Below are positions 28,081 to 38,323 of a DNA stretch of 64,000 bases, one piece after another (position 1 is the first letter of the stretch; each line of letters starts with the position of its first letter). The position numbers and the translations under genes are program-made. Origin of the DNA: a virus; the IMG/VR virus record IMGVR_UViG_3300025141_000071, positions 2,263 through 66,262 of that record, one strand, 5' to 3'. The notes under the pieces were generated by a model. It was not told the origin of the DNA. It saw only the letters and a program-made list of their open reading frames with translations, and ran no database searches.

Positions 28081-29198
28081 GAATTGGAATGGTAGCGGAT
28101 GCGCGGGATATAACTAGCGGTGGCATCCTAAAAGTAGCCCCTTTAGATTCTGAGGGGCAAATAGCGCAAACGACTATTGATGTTGTGTATTTATCCCCTA
28201 ACATAGGCGCGGGACAGGGTTTATTTACTATTCCTGGGGAAGGGTCTATGGTTATGTATGAGGACGCGGGTGATAGCCTCTTGCGCTTAGCCAGACACGC
28301 TCAGCACTCCGACACCCCCTATAAGTGGGTTTTTGTAGGAGCATTAACAGCCGACCTTATCCAACGCAGAGGAGAGTCCTCTGTTTCTAATGATAAGAAT
28401 GACGCGGACGAAGGGAATGATACTCAGCGTGACCCTTACGGAAGAGACCCTTTTAAGGATAATATTATTCTTGACGGGGGCATCCCTGAAGCGGGTAATG
28501 TGTATGCCGACAATTTCTTGCCCCAGCAAGACATTTGGAAACATAAATGCGGACATAAGTTCGTTATGTCTCACAAGATAACTGCCAATGGCCGTCACGA
28601 TAATTCAACGTTACTTCAAAACGCCTCTGGCAAGAAAATTCATTTAGATGATGGTCTTCCCGAGTTAAAGATGGACCGAATCACCATAACTGACGAACAC
28701 AAAAATAGAATTGTAATTCGTACGGGAGGGGATAACCCAGACAGCTGCGAAGTTCACACTATACGAAATCAAAGTTATACGACCGAGAGAGGTAACCAGC
28801 ACCTTATTATCATGCCCGCAAGTAAAGGGGATTCTCGCAGGGAGAACATGGGTGCGGGCGACATGCATGATGTAGTTGCCAAAGGGATGTACCGACAGGA
28901 AGTCGAAAAGGATATCCTACGTATAAGCCATAACGGAAATGTTGAGGAGCGCGCTGATACGGGAGATATACGTTACACGGCTACTGAAGGAGCTATTACG
29001 ATTGACGCGGGCGAAGGCATAACTTTGGAGTGTGGAGGTTCTACTATAGTAATGACCCCGACTTCCATCACTATGAACAGTCCTACCGTTAATATTACGG
29101 GTGCAGCAGGAGACGCTCTAATTTCCTCTATCTCTCTCACAGGACATACACACAGCGGTGTAGAGTCGGGTGGTTCTTCAACAGGCGGCCCGCAATAG
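28077..29198 (+). CDS. Baseplate central spike (gp5/gpV-like)
   Basis: OB-fold-type G.FTIP..GS.V, beta-helix-type repeats, C-terminal HTHSGV apex. Confidence 0.8.
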   Translation: MRIGMVADARDITSGGILKVAPLDSEGQIAQTTIDVVYLSPNIGAGQGLFTIPGEGSMVMYEDAGDSLLRLARHAQHSDTPYKWVFVGALTADLIQRRGESSVSNDKNDADEGNDTQRDPYGRDPFKDNIILDGGIPEAGNVYADNFLPQQDIWKHKCGHKFVMSHKITANGRHDNSTLLQNASGKKIHLDDGLPELKMDRITITDEHKNRIVIRTGGDNPDSCEVHTIRNQSYTTERGNQHLIIMPASKGDSRRENMGAGDMHDVVAKGMYRQEVEKDILRISHNGNVEERADTGDIRYTATEGAITIDAGEGITLECGGSTIVMTPTSITMNSPTVNITGAAGDALISSISLTGHTHSGVESGGSSTGGPQ

Positions 29199-29215
29199 AG
29201 TATATAATATAAGCC

Positions 29216-32200
29216 ATGATTTCAGAAAACACACTTAACCTTTTACCTACGAATGCCTTGGCAGCTTTGTCTAATGGTCTTGTAACAAAGGCTACGGATA
29301 AGCAAGCGGATTTGTCTGCGGAAAAGGCTCGTTCCGACAAGCTGAATGGGGTAGCTGAGGTAGAAAACACCGAAGGGGGTCATACCACCTCTACTTTAAA
29401 AAATACTTTAGCTACCATTCAATCCGCTTTGGAGATTGGAGGGATGGCAAAAAGTGTTTATGATTTGGCGAAGACTCTATCTGATGGAGGAGAAGAGCCT
29501 TACGACCCTCAAAGTGTGGCTCCTGGAACTGACACAAGCCCTCAAGCTATTAGTAATATGGGCGCTGACCTCGGTGACCAGCTAGGTTCTGGTGAGGCAC
29601 AGGCGGGAACTTCAATCGCCATGGGATTACAGAAACTAGAGTCTACTCAAAATATCGTTCAAATGCAAGCGGAGCTGGCAGAGACTACTGAGCAGTTAGA
29701 AGCCGTAAATGAGATGATAAAGAAGCGTGCTACGGGAGAAGTGCCGAGCCCTAAAGTTAACTACAGTAAGGTTCAAGACGCCTTAGAAAACACCCTTGAA
29801 CAACTAGCCCAATCTGGCGCGTTTACCGAGGACCAGATGACGGACCTTACGGCTACGCTTGAACGCGCTACAGAAGTTAACTTAGAAAACTTCGAAAAGC
29901 TTGTGGAGGATAGAATTGTAACGCCCTTCCTTGAAAACTCTGCGGCGATTAATATAATTGCTTCCCAATTGTTGGCCACCGATGAAGTTGAGGAAGATGA
30001 AAGCATTTTTGATACTGTTTATGGTCCTCCTATCTCCACATCTGGAAAGTTTATTTTATCCGAGGATGGTCTTTATTATGACTCTAGAAATGGTTCCATT
30101 CCTTATGTAACCGCAATGAAGGTGGACTCTCGCTCCTGGGAATTAAGATATGCCTCTAATAGAGGGGGTAAAGGTCAGTTATACACGGAGGCTAACAACC
30201 AGAGGTTTGCCGACACTATCCTATCCTTTGAATATCAAAATGAAAGCGGGGCTGTAAAAGACTTTTATGAGTATGATGATATTCTACAGGGGTTAGGGAA
30301 CGATAGAAACCTTCAAATTCAGTCCGTGTCTGGGAGGATAGATGATTTAGTCGCATCTGGTTACTCACCAAGCTCTGCTATAGTTAAAAACTATAAAGAG
30401 AGTTACGCTAGTATAGGGCACGCTTATGAGAATAAAATTAAAAAGCGTAAAAAGCAGCTTCAGATAGCTGCGCTGTTTGGACCTTTCGGTGTAACCACAT
30501 CTTCTAGCCCTGAAGGTGCTGGGAGTTTCTATAAAATACAGGACATGATACGCGAGGAGTTAGAGCCTTTGGAGTGTGGCTCCGAGGAGCCGTTCGAACG
30601 GCGAGACTACACCACACCTCAAGACGAAAACCGCAATCCTGACCTAGAGATAACGCGTCGAGTCTTTATCCCTAGAATTCCTATAAATGATTTTTCCTAC
30701 CTAAAAAACATCGGGTTAATTCCAGGGGTATCCTTCCAGGAAGAGGTGATGTTACATTCTTCTGACCTAGATGAAACGACTAATCCCTTACCTCCCGTAT
30801 TCCTAGAGCACGGTCCTGGTGAGCCAATTCAGGCTATCCCAGAGATGTCTATCGCTCCTCTAGGAGAGACAGATTGGGTAAATACGTCAGGGGACACCGC
30901 ACTTGCAGGGGTTATCCCTTTCCTTAGAACTCTAGACAGTTCCATTGTAACGGATAACCTTGTAGTGTGTTATAACTTTTTAGAGCCTTCAGCGGTAACG
31001 GCCCCCAGCTCTAATGATTACAATGTAAGGAATTATGTTGACGGTGGGTATGGGTTGAATGCTAAGATGGTAGGAGATTCTGCTGCTTCCATTTTTGTTT
31101 CTGGTGTAACCATACCTTATTTAACTGGAGCTTTATACGACATTCAAAGGAAGTATGGGATGAGGTATAGTTGGTTGGATGCATCCACAGGCTCTTACGT
31201 GCGACTTCCCAATAACTGGAGAGGGAATGAGGTCTACCCCGCATCTCAACCGTTAGACGATTTGATGTACAACGCCAGGGGTTGGAGTATGGATTTTTGG
31301 GCTCACACCCCAAACCTATCTTCTACTTTAACTGCGGCGCATAGATATAAGCTTGTTGCCGCAAACGAGAACTGTGGAAGCCCTATCACTTCGAGCCCTG
31401 GAACGACTACGACAGTAACGGCAGGTCCTGGAGGTTGGGGGATGAGAAGCAGAGAAAGGACTAAGGGTATGATTATAGGTTGGCGGGATAAAGGGGACCC
31501 TGGAACCGTTAACGCTAGTGGGTTAGAGTTCGTAGTATTACCTACCGTCGCGCAAAACGATGAGCGTTGGGGAAAAAGTGTTTGTATCGAAGAGTCTGTT
31601 AGCGGTGACGGAGGCGGAGCCTGCTCAGAAGAGTATGGGTTTAAGGTACCCGTGTCGGCAACCAGTGTTAGCGGTTATACTATTGGGGATGCCTCATCGG
31701 TGTTTACTCATTACGTTATTGCTTGCGATACTCCCACTGATACCATGACGGTTTACGTAAACGGTCAGTTTGTCGCTTCCGCTAATATTAGTACCGCTTT
31801 CGGGATTGCGCCTGGACAACCGCTTAATGTCCCAACCCAAATATCTGAGGGAGCCTATCAGGACCCAACAGGAGAATTTGGTGAGCAGTTATATACAGGA
31901 AACCTGGACAATAAACCCCCTATTTTCACTCCATGGATTTTGGGTGGAGGATTTACTGACGGCGTAGGACATGAGTCCCCCCCGTTATTCTCCTCTACTT
32001 TCCCTGGGTTCCTTGGAACTAACACTAACGATTCCTATTTTAGAGTGGCTATGGAGGCCGATGGCGGACCCGTGGGACAGCACTCGGTATTAGCTACAAA
32101 CGTTCCTGGTCTTGGTGGGTATGACCCAACGGGTTCTAATTATATTTTAGCGCGAAGTGGGTTGGATGGACACCTTGGAAGTTTCAAGATGTACGGAAAA

Positions 32201-32287
32201 CCCCTATCTAATAAAGAGGTACTTATCAATTATAATGCACAACGTCCTTTCTTTACAGGAATCACCACCCCCTTTAGGCTTCTATAA
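29216..32287 (+). CDS. Large baseplate-associated protein with C-terminal LamG/concanavalin-like domain
   Basis: WSMDFW, THYVI...MTVYVNG, G.LGSFKMY.KPLS..EV..NY; coiled-coil N-terminus. Confidence 0.6.
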   Translation: MISENTLNLLPTNALAALSNGLVTKATDKQADLSAEKARSDKLNGVAEVENTEGGHTTSTLKNTLATIQSALEIGGMAKSVYDLAKTLSDGGEEPYDPQSVAPGTDTSPQAISNMGADLGDQLGSGEAQAGTSIAMGLQKLESTQNIVQMQAELAETTEQLEAVNEMIKKRATGEVPSPKVNYSKVQDALENTLEQLAQSGAFTEDQMTDLTATLERATEVNLENFEKLVEDRIVTPFLENSAAINIIASQLLATDEVEEDESIFDTVYGPPISTSGKFILSEDGLYYDSRNGSIPYVTAMKVDSRSWELRYASNRGGKGQLYTEANNQRFADTILSFEYQNESGAVKDFYEYDDILQGLGNDRNLQIQSVSGRIDDLVASGYSPSSAIVKNYKESYASIGHAYENKIKKRKKQLQIAALFGPFGVTTSSSPEGAGSFYKIQDMIREELEPLECGSEEPFERRDYTTPQDENRNPDLEITRRVFIPRIPINDFSYLKNIGLIPGVSFQEEVMLHSSDLDETTNPLPPVFLEHGPGEPIQAIPEMSIAPLGETDWVNTSGDTALAGVIPFLRTLDSSIVTDNLVVCYNFLEPSAVTAPSSNDYNVRNYVDGGYGLNAKMVGDSAASIFVSGVTIPYLTGALYDIQRKYGMRYSWLDASTGSYVRLPNNWRGNEVYPASQPLDDLMYNARGWSMDFWAHTPNLSSTLTAAHRYKLVAANENCGSPITSSPGTTTTVTAGPGGWGMRSRERTKGMIIGWRDKGDPGTVNASGLEFVVLPTVAQNDERWGKSVCIEESVSGDGGGACSEEYGFKVPVSATSVSGYTIGDASSVFTHYVIACDTPTDTMTVYVNGQFVASANISTAFGIAPGQPLNVPTQISEGAYQDPTGEFGEQLYTGNLDNKPPIFTPWILGGGFTDGVGHESPPLFSSTFPGFLGTNTNDSYFRVAMEADGGPVGQHSVLATNVPGLGGYDPTGSNYILARSGLDGHLGSFKMYGKPLSNKEVLINYNAQRPFFTGITTPFRLL

Positions 32288-32727
32288 TGGCTAGTTACGG
32301 AGATTTACAGTTTGTTACCGCTAATAGCGCACATGCCGTTAAAGGTTTGGCGTGGCCGTGTCGTATAAACAATACGGGAGGGATGTTCTCCATAAACTAC
32401 AACGAAACTTCCATCAAAGACTCGTTAATTCAACTCCTTTTAACTCAGAGAGGCGAGCGCCCTATGAGGTTAGATTATGGGACCGATTTGCGTAGCTCGG
32501 TGTTTGCGCCTATGGATGCTCAAACGATTGAAGGGTTAGAAACATCTATTAAAACTGCAATAGAGCGTTATGAACCACGAGTACTTATAAGGAGCTTCAC
32601 CTTATCTCCCAGCGAGGAGACATCAGAGATGAATCTAGAACTAGCGTTCTCTGTAAAGGATAATGTTTTCTCGACAGATGGGATTTACCTTACTGTAAAC
32701 ACTCAAGGAGTTGTAATCAATGGCTAA
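32287..32727 (+). CDS. gp25: Baseplate wedge protein gp25-like
   Basis: LLLTQRGERPMRLDYGT, IERYEPRV. Confidence 0.92.
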   Translation: MASYGDLQFVTANSAHAVKGLAWPCRINNTGGMFSINYNETSIKDSLIQLLLTQRGERPMRLDYGTDLRSSVFAPMDAQTIEGLETSIKTAIERYEPRVLIRSFTLSPSEETSEMNLELAFSVKDNVFSTDGIYLTVNTQGVVING

Positions 32728-34360
32728 CCAAAATGTACCCAATTCAAACCCCGCGTTTGATTCTATTTATAACCCAAGCGGGTTTGATGGTCAAGTAACC
32801 TCAGACTGGCTCCGCTTAGGTGGTATCCCTGAAGCTTTAAAGAAAGATTTAATTGATTTTTCTACTGAGGATTTTGATGAGTTTAAAACAAGTTTTCAAG
32901 AGTACGTAAAATCCGTATATCCTCGGGACTACAATAACTTTGTCGAGTCAGATTTAGGGCAAATGCTTACTGAGTTGTTTGCTTACCAAGCAGCCGTGCT
33001 ATCGTTCAAGGCAGACGCTTTAGCTCAGGAAAATTACCTTGCGACTGCAAAAACTTCAGAAGGTCTTATTAAGTTACTAGAGTTAATTGGAATTTCTCTT
33101 AGGGGTCCTGTTCCCGCTAAAGCGAACTGTATTCTTACTGTCGATGATGCGGCATACGCGGTTACTGGGACAAACTATATGAATATCCCCTTAACCTCAA
33201 GAACTATTGATATGGTGAGTACTAGGGATAATCTCCCTCTTTCTTATACCCTTTACAATGTCGATGCTAACGGGAACATAGACATGCAAGCTGAAGACCT
33301 TTACTTGGATATGACATCTTTTGAGCAGCCAGCGGGCGTGATTGCCAATAACTTACTTCTTTTAGAAGGAAAGATGCAAACTACGACGGGTAATTTCTTA
33401 ACTGGGTCTACAAATCAAACGATTAATCTAACACTTCCCTCTGTTGTAGAAGGTAGTGTAGCTGTTTCCTCTAGTGATGGCTGGTTTGAGGAGATTGACA
33501 ATATATGGTTCGCCTCTGCGGGTGCCGCTGCGTTTCAACTTAAATACAACGAGGATTTCTCATGCCAACTCCAATTCGGGGACGGTATTGTAGGCAAAGC
33601 CCCTACTCCTGGAAGTCCGTACAAAGTAATGTATCGAACGGGTGGTGGACTGCGTGGCAATGTGGGGGCTAACTCTATACAGTCGGCAGGAAGCGCCGAG
33701 TTTGGTAATGACCCTGGACAAACCCACCCCTTCTCTATAGTTAATAATAAAGCTGGGACGGGAGGAGTGAATGCTCAATCCTTAGAAGAGGCTAGACGAT
33801 TTGGGCCTATGTGGTTCGCGGCTCAGTATAGAGCGGTTACAGGCCAGGACTACACCGCGTTTGCAAATAGGTTTAGAAGCGCTCTAGGGAAGACTGGGAA
33901 AGCGTTGGCGGTTTTACGGGATAACGGAAGCGCAGGAAATATGATTGATATTTTTGTTCTTCAAAAAGCTACCGAGAATCACCTAGAGAGAGCTTCTTTT
34001 GAGTTTAAGAATGAAATGCTTACCTACCTCAACAACTACCGCATGATGACTGACGAGCTTACTATAGTTGACGGTGTTGTGAGGACATTAGATTTAGCCA
34101 CTACGCTTTACATTGATAAGCAGCAAAAGCTTTCATCTGAGGATGTTAAACAAAGAATTGCTGGACTTATTCAAGATTACTTCTCCACTAACGTCATGGA
34201 TTTTGGAAAACCTCTCATTTTAGCCGAACTTATTAACTACATTTTAGGGGACCCTGGCGCTAGATTTTTCTCAATAGATAATTATTCCAACGATATCTAT
34301 GTAGATTTTAATGAAATTCTACAATTGAATAACATAGAGATTAACGTGCAGTACGTATAA
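32720..34360 (+). CDS. gp6: Baseplate wedge protein gp6-like
   Basis: DFDEFK, YNNFVESDLG, FGDG..GKAP, YRTGGG..GN, RAVT..DY. Confidence 0.88.
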   Translation: MANQNVPNSNPAFDSIYNPSGFDGQVTSDWLRLGGIPEALKKDLIDFSTEDFDEFKTSFQEYVKSVYPRDYNNFVESDLGQMLTELFAYQAAVLSFKADALAQENYLATAKTSEGLIKLLELIGISLRGPVPAKANCILTVDDAAYAVTGTNYMNIPLTSRTIDMVSTRDNLPLSYTLYNVDANGNIDMQAEDLYLDMTSFEQPAGVIANNLLLLEGKMQTTTGNFLTGSTNQTINLTLPSVVEGSVAVSSSDGWFEEIDNIWFASAGAAAFQLKYNEDFSCQLQFGDGIVGKAPTPGSPYKVMYRTGGGLRGNVGANSIQSAGSAEFGNDPGQTHPFSIVNNKAGTGGVNAQSLEEARRFGPMWFAAQYRAVTGQDYTAFANRFRSALGKTGKALAVLRDNGSAGNMIDIFVLQKATENHLERASFEFKNEMLTYLNNYRMMTDELTIVDGVVRTLDLATTLYIDKQQKLSSEDVKQRIAGLIQDYFSTNVMDFGKPLILAELINYILGDPGARFFSIDNYSNDIYVDFNEILQLNNIEINVQYV

Positions 34361-37300
34361 TGGCCTTTTCTTCTACTACAAAGTATAACTATATTGATAT
34401 AGTAAACCGTATGGTGCCCGAGTTTTATCGGGAGACGGACTTTCGTCTATACGGAGAAGAGGAAGATGTAAGTCTAACCTTTTTAGGGAAGATTCTTAAA
34501 GCAGCTATTCAAAACGATTTATATTTTGATGTTAGCAGCCTCGATTTGACGGAAAGAATGTCTGTATCTGCGTTGGCGGAGTATTTTATACCTAACCAAC
34601 AGACGAGCCTTAGCCCCAATCAATTTGAGAGAAGGATATTACATCCTTACAACCTTACATTTGGGTCATTTGAAACGCAAGAAGAGCTTAAGTCTTGGTT
34701 CTCAGGAACATTCTTACCTGACGCTGAGCTTAATAACCCTTCAGGGTTGCTCGCAACTATGTCGGGTATGGCGTTTGGAGCTTACAGCAGTCTGTCTGGA
34801 GTTCATTCTTATCTAGTAGAAACCTTGGGGATGTTTTACTTTATGAACACTTCATCCTTAAGTGGTACAGATGCTTCCGCAAACGCCTCATCGTTAATGG
34901 TTGATTATATTATCCCTCCTCTTTACGCAGGTGAAGTATTGTCTACTCAGAATGCCCTTAACGCCCTGTTTAGATTTTTCTGGGAGGGTAGGGAGGATAG
35001 CACCTACTACGGAAGTTTCTTCCCGTATGGTTATGCGAGTTCTACCTCTGAACTCTCCTCTAACACTTACCTCTCAGGGACGCAGATGTTCTCGGCTATA
35101 CAAAAACAGCTAGAGAGTTGGACCGATACTAGACTTAAGAATAGCGACTTTTTTAAAGACTCGTTAAGTATCCTTTTAAATGGTTCTGGAGGATTCCCCG
35201 TCAAGATGAGGGACGCTGGACCGTTCCAAAGATTTTTGAAAGCGCTAAGTTTAGGTATTGCGGACATTAATTTGATTATTGAGGAGATTGGGGATTTACT
35301 GAGTATTGATGAGTGCCCCGAAAAGTTTTTAGAGTTGCTGGCGAATAATATTGGGTGGCAATTCCTGACTGGTGATTACGCTAAATGGCGCGGGCAGCTA
35401 AGAAACGCTGTGATGGTTTACAAAACAAAGGGAAGTGTGGTTGGGTTTGACGCGGCGTGCAAGCTAATATTCCCAGACGGCGTATTTGCCGCCTCGTCGG
35501 TTGTCGAATCGTGGGAGTCTTATCTCCCTAAGCTGCTTTACTACTTTATAAAAACCGAATCTTTTATCGTTAAGGAAGGTTTAGAATTTAGAAGCCAAGA
35601 CGAGATTTTTAATGGCTCCTTCCCCTCAGGTGTGAGATTTAATCAAGCTCCTGCCGATTACTCTCAAGCAAAAGATAGAAACTACAGATTTCTTGTTGAT
35701 GCCGTTTTAGAAGATTATTATAATACCTTTTCAGCTATTACCATTAACGGCGTTCCTTTTAGGGAGGATAAAGTGTGGGAGTGTCTTCCTGTTCTATCGA
35801 CAGGGGAGAAAGGCTATTACCACAGAAACTATCCCTCCGACTCCCCTCAAGGTGTAGATGGTTTTCATGTTGCTGTACCGCCCTGGGAAAAGTATGGATT
35901 TTATAAAGAGTGCCGTCTAACTCCTACGAGGGTTGAGTTTTTCTGTAATGTTCTATCAGGAAGCCGTAATGATTTTGGGTTTGAGGTGAACGAAAGCTAT
36001 GTGGGGGAATTTAAAAATTATCTCCTCTCGGCTATAGAGCAGGCATATAGCCTTACTGAAGCGCCAATTCACGGCTCCAACGATTCATTCAGATTCTTTG
36101 CAAGTGCTATGTCCCTTCCCCCGAACTACTCTAAGTTCGTGGAGTACGGACATACGAGCGCCTTAGAGCTTTTCGATACGTGGTGCACTAAATCATCATT
36201 TATTTTTGGTACATTTGCGGCGTCTTCTTTAGATTATACGGTGGAGCGCTACGATTCATTTAGAAATAAAGCTGCTTTAAATGTATATGTTGATATTTTA
36301 AGAACCTTTCTGCCTTTGCATGTGGTTGCTAGGATAACCTTGTACGAAGATTTAGAGGATACACATTTCCCGTGGTCTAAACTATGTATCGTCTCAGACG
36401 AATGTTTAGACACTTTCAACACTGAGTACTTAAGGTCTAACAGAACCGATTTCTGGGCTGGCGCAAGCGGTACTGGAGATTGGGGTACAACCGCTATAAA
36501 CGGAGACGGTAGAATTTTACCTTACTGGGTTAGTGGGGGAGGGAACGACTTCTTCTACGTGTCTGCTACCGACTTAAACCGCAACACCTCCAGGAGAAGA
36601 AATTATCGTTACGCCCTCCCTTGTTATCCTTACACAAGACCAGGAAAAGGGCAGCCGATAGCTATGAATCATTTTGGTATTGCTACCTCAGGCGCAACAC
36701 TAGATGAGTACACCACCACCTGGGAGTATATATCCAAAGGTTTTAGATATGACACTCAAGACTATGCGCCCGCATCTTCGGTTGTATGGGATAATAGCGG
36801 TTACTTCTCGGGAACTTCTTGCGCAAGGACAGGTTTAGAGTCCGACGACTACCCCCTATCGTCCTTATACCCAGCAAGGGCTGTACCTAACACCAATACG
36901 GCGTGTAGTTCTCTTCCTATTTCTAGAGATAACATGAAGGGAATTATGGGTCCTATGACGAGTAGGACGATTCGTCGTAATAAAAACCCGCAATTTTCTG
37001 ATTTAGATTATAGAAGCTTTGAGTTTGGTAATAGTGTTCACGAAAGTTATCATATTTATAAAAATGAATTTAGTAGTATTTTAGCTAACACGATAAGCCC
37101 TAATGCGCCCTTCTATGGAGGTTATAATTTCTTATCTTATGCTTTTGGTCCCACACTATGGAATAGTGATTTTAGATATAAAGGAAGAATAAGTACTAAT
37201 GTAAACCTGGCGGTTCCCCCTCTCCCCAACGGTGAGTATCCTGGAGGGTATGAGCCCCAGTGGTCCTCTGTTATTGGGGGCACGCACGCAGGGGGTATTA

Positions 37301-38322
37301 AATATGATAACTACGATAATAGTCCCATTACTATCAGCAACAGAACTTATTTTGAAGACGCTCCTGATGCCACTAATGAGTATGCTCCCTCTGGAGTCTA
37401 TAGAGATAACGATGTATTAATAACTAATGAGATTTTATCAGGAATACAACTACGACAACCCGCAGGGGCATCCCAATCGTTTGTCGTAGTAAACAATACT
37501 GATAGAGAAGCTACGCTAAATGCAACTTTAGGTAACAGCGTAGCGATGTTCTCCCCCGATGGAAGACCAATTGAAGTTGTAGTTCCTTTTGACCCGCAGT
37601 ATGCGGATTACGCCGAGGGTGAAGACGCGGCGGGCCTGAACCAAAAGTTTAATAAGCTTAGACCCCAATCTCAGTTTAAGGTGGATATCTCAACCAAAAC
37701 TTTACGGAATTTAGAGGCGCAGCGCATAGCAGTGGAACTAACCACCTCTGGGGTTCTGGCCGATGACGGCACGTCTATGGATTGGAGGTTTTGCTGGCGC
37801 GATGAAAAGTGGATTCCCTCTACAACTTTAGATAACCATATGTTTACAAAGGTTATGGATGTACCTGTAAGAGCTGTATGTCCTGTACCGCTTACTTCAA
37901 AATTCCATACACAAGATATATTTACGGTAAAACATGCGGCGTGCCATACTCCGTTTAAGACAGGAGATGTACACACGTCTTCTACTGGTTACTTGCTGAC
38001 AGTTAAAACAGCCTCTACAAATACTCTTTTAGATAATACGGTAAAAGATGGAATTGTAATTTATGAAATTTCTGTGGTAGATACTGTGTTAAATCAATCT
38101 ATGAATTACTTTAACAGTAAAGAGATTGATACAATTTACACCTTCTGGGACGGGCTCACTGTTACGAGTTATTCACGCGATGCTACGTATTCGACATCTT
38201 CTTTCGATGTTTCGGGAGGAAGTAGAGCGGAATACGTCGAACTTCTCGGCCAGAACACCTGGAGTAGTGGTCCTACAACAGAAGGTTCTAAGGTTTACTA
38301 TACCTACAGTTTAAAGGATTAA
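34360..38322 (+). CDS. Baseplate wedge protein (gp7/P2 gpI-like, enlarged)
   Basis: IDECPEKFLELLANNIGW...YKTKGS motif; follows gp6. Confidence 0.65.
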   Translation: MAFSSTTKYNYIDIVNRMVPEFYRETDFRLYGEEEDVSLTFLGKILKAAIQNDLYFDVSSLDLTERMSVSALAEYFIPNQQTSLSPNQFERRILHPYNLTFGSFETQEELKSWFSGTFLPDAELNNPSGLLATMSGMAFGAYSSLSGVHSYLVETLGMFYFMNTSSLSGTDASANASSLMVDYIIPPLYAGEVLSTQNALNALFRFFWEGREDSTYYGSFFPYGYASSTSELSSNTYLSGTQMFSAIQKQLESWTDTRLKNSDFFKDSLSILLNGSGGFPVKMRDAGPFQRFLKALSLGIADINLIIEEIGDLLSIDECPEKFLELLANNIGWQFLTGDYAKWRGQLRNAVMVYKTKGSVVGFDAACKLIFPDGVFAASSVVESWESYLPKLLYYFIKTESFIVKEGLEFRSQDEIFNGSFPSGVRFNQAPADYSQAKDRNYRFLVDAVLEDYYNTFSAITINGVPFREDKVWECLPVLSTGEKGYYHRNYPSDSPQGVDGFHVAVPPWEKYGFYKECRLTPTRVEFFCNVLSGSRNDFGFEVNESYVGEFKNYLLSAIEQAYSLTEAPIHGSNDSFRFFASAMSLPPNYSKFVEYGHTSALELFDTWCTKSSFIFGTFAASSLDYTVERYDSFRNKAALNVYVDILRTFLPLHVVARITLYEDLEDTHFPWSKLCIVSDECLDTFNTEYLRSNRTDFWAGASGTGDWGTTAINGDGRILPYWVSGGGNDFFYVSATDLNRNTSRRRNYRYALPCYPYTRPGKGQPIAMNHFGIATSGATLDEYTTTWEYISKGFRYDTQDYAPASSVVWDNSGYFSGTSCARTGLESDDYPLSSLYPARAVPNTNTACSSLPISRDNMKGIMGPMTSRTIRRNKNPQFSDLDYRSFEFGNSVHESYHIYKNEFSSILANTISPNAPFYGGYNFLSYAFGPTLWNSDFRYKGRISTNVNLAVPPLPNGEYPGGYEPQWSSVIGGTHAGGIKYDNYDNSPITISNRTYFEDAPDATNEYAPSGVYRDNDVLITNEILSGIQLRQPAGASQSFVVVNNTDREATLNATLGNSVAMFSPDGRPIEVVVPFDPQYADYAEGEDAAGLNQKFNKLRPQSQFKVDISTKTLRNLEAQRIAVELTTSGVLADDGTSMDWRFCWRDEKWIPSTTLDNHMFTKVMDVPVRAVCPVPLTSKFHTQDIFTVKHAACHTPFKTGDVHTSSTGYLLTVKTASTNTLLDNTVKDGIVIYEISVVDTVLNQSMNYFNSKEIDTIYTFWDGLTVTSYSRDATYSTSSFDVSGGSRAEYVELLGQNTWSSGPTTEGSKVYYTYSLKD

Positions 38323-38323
38323 G

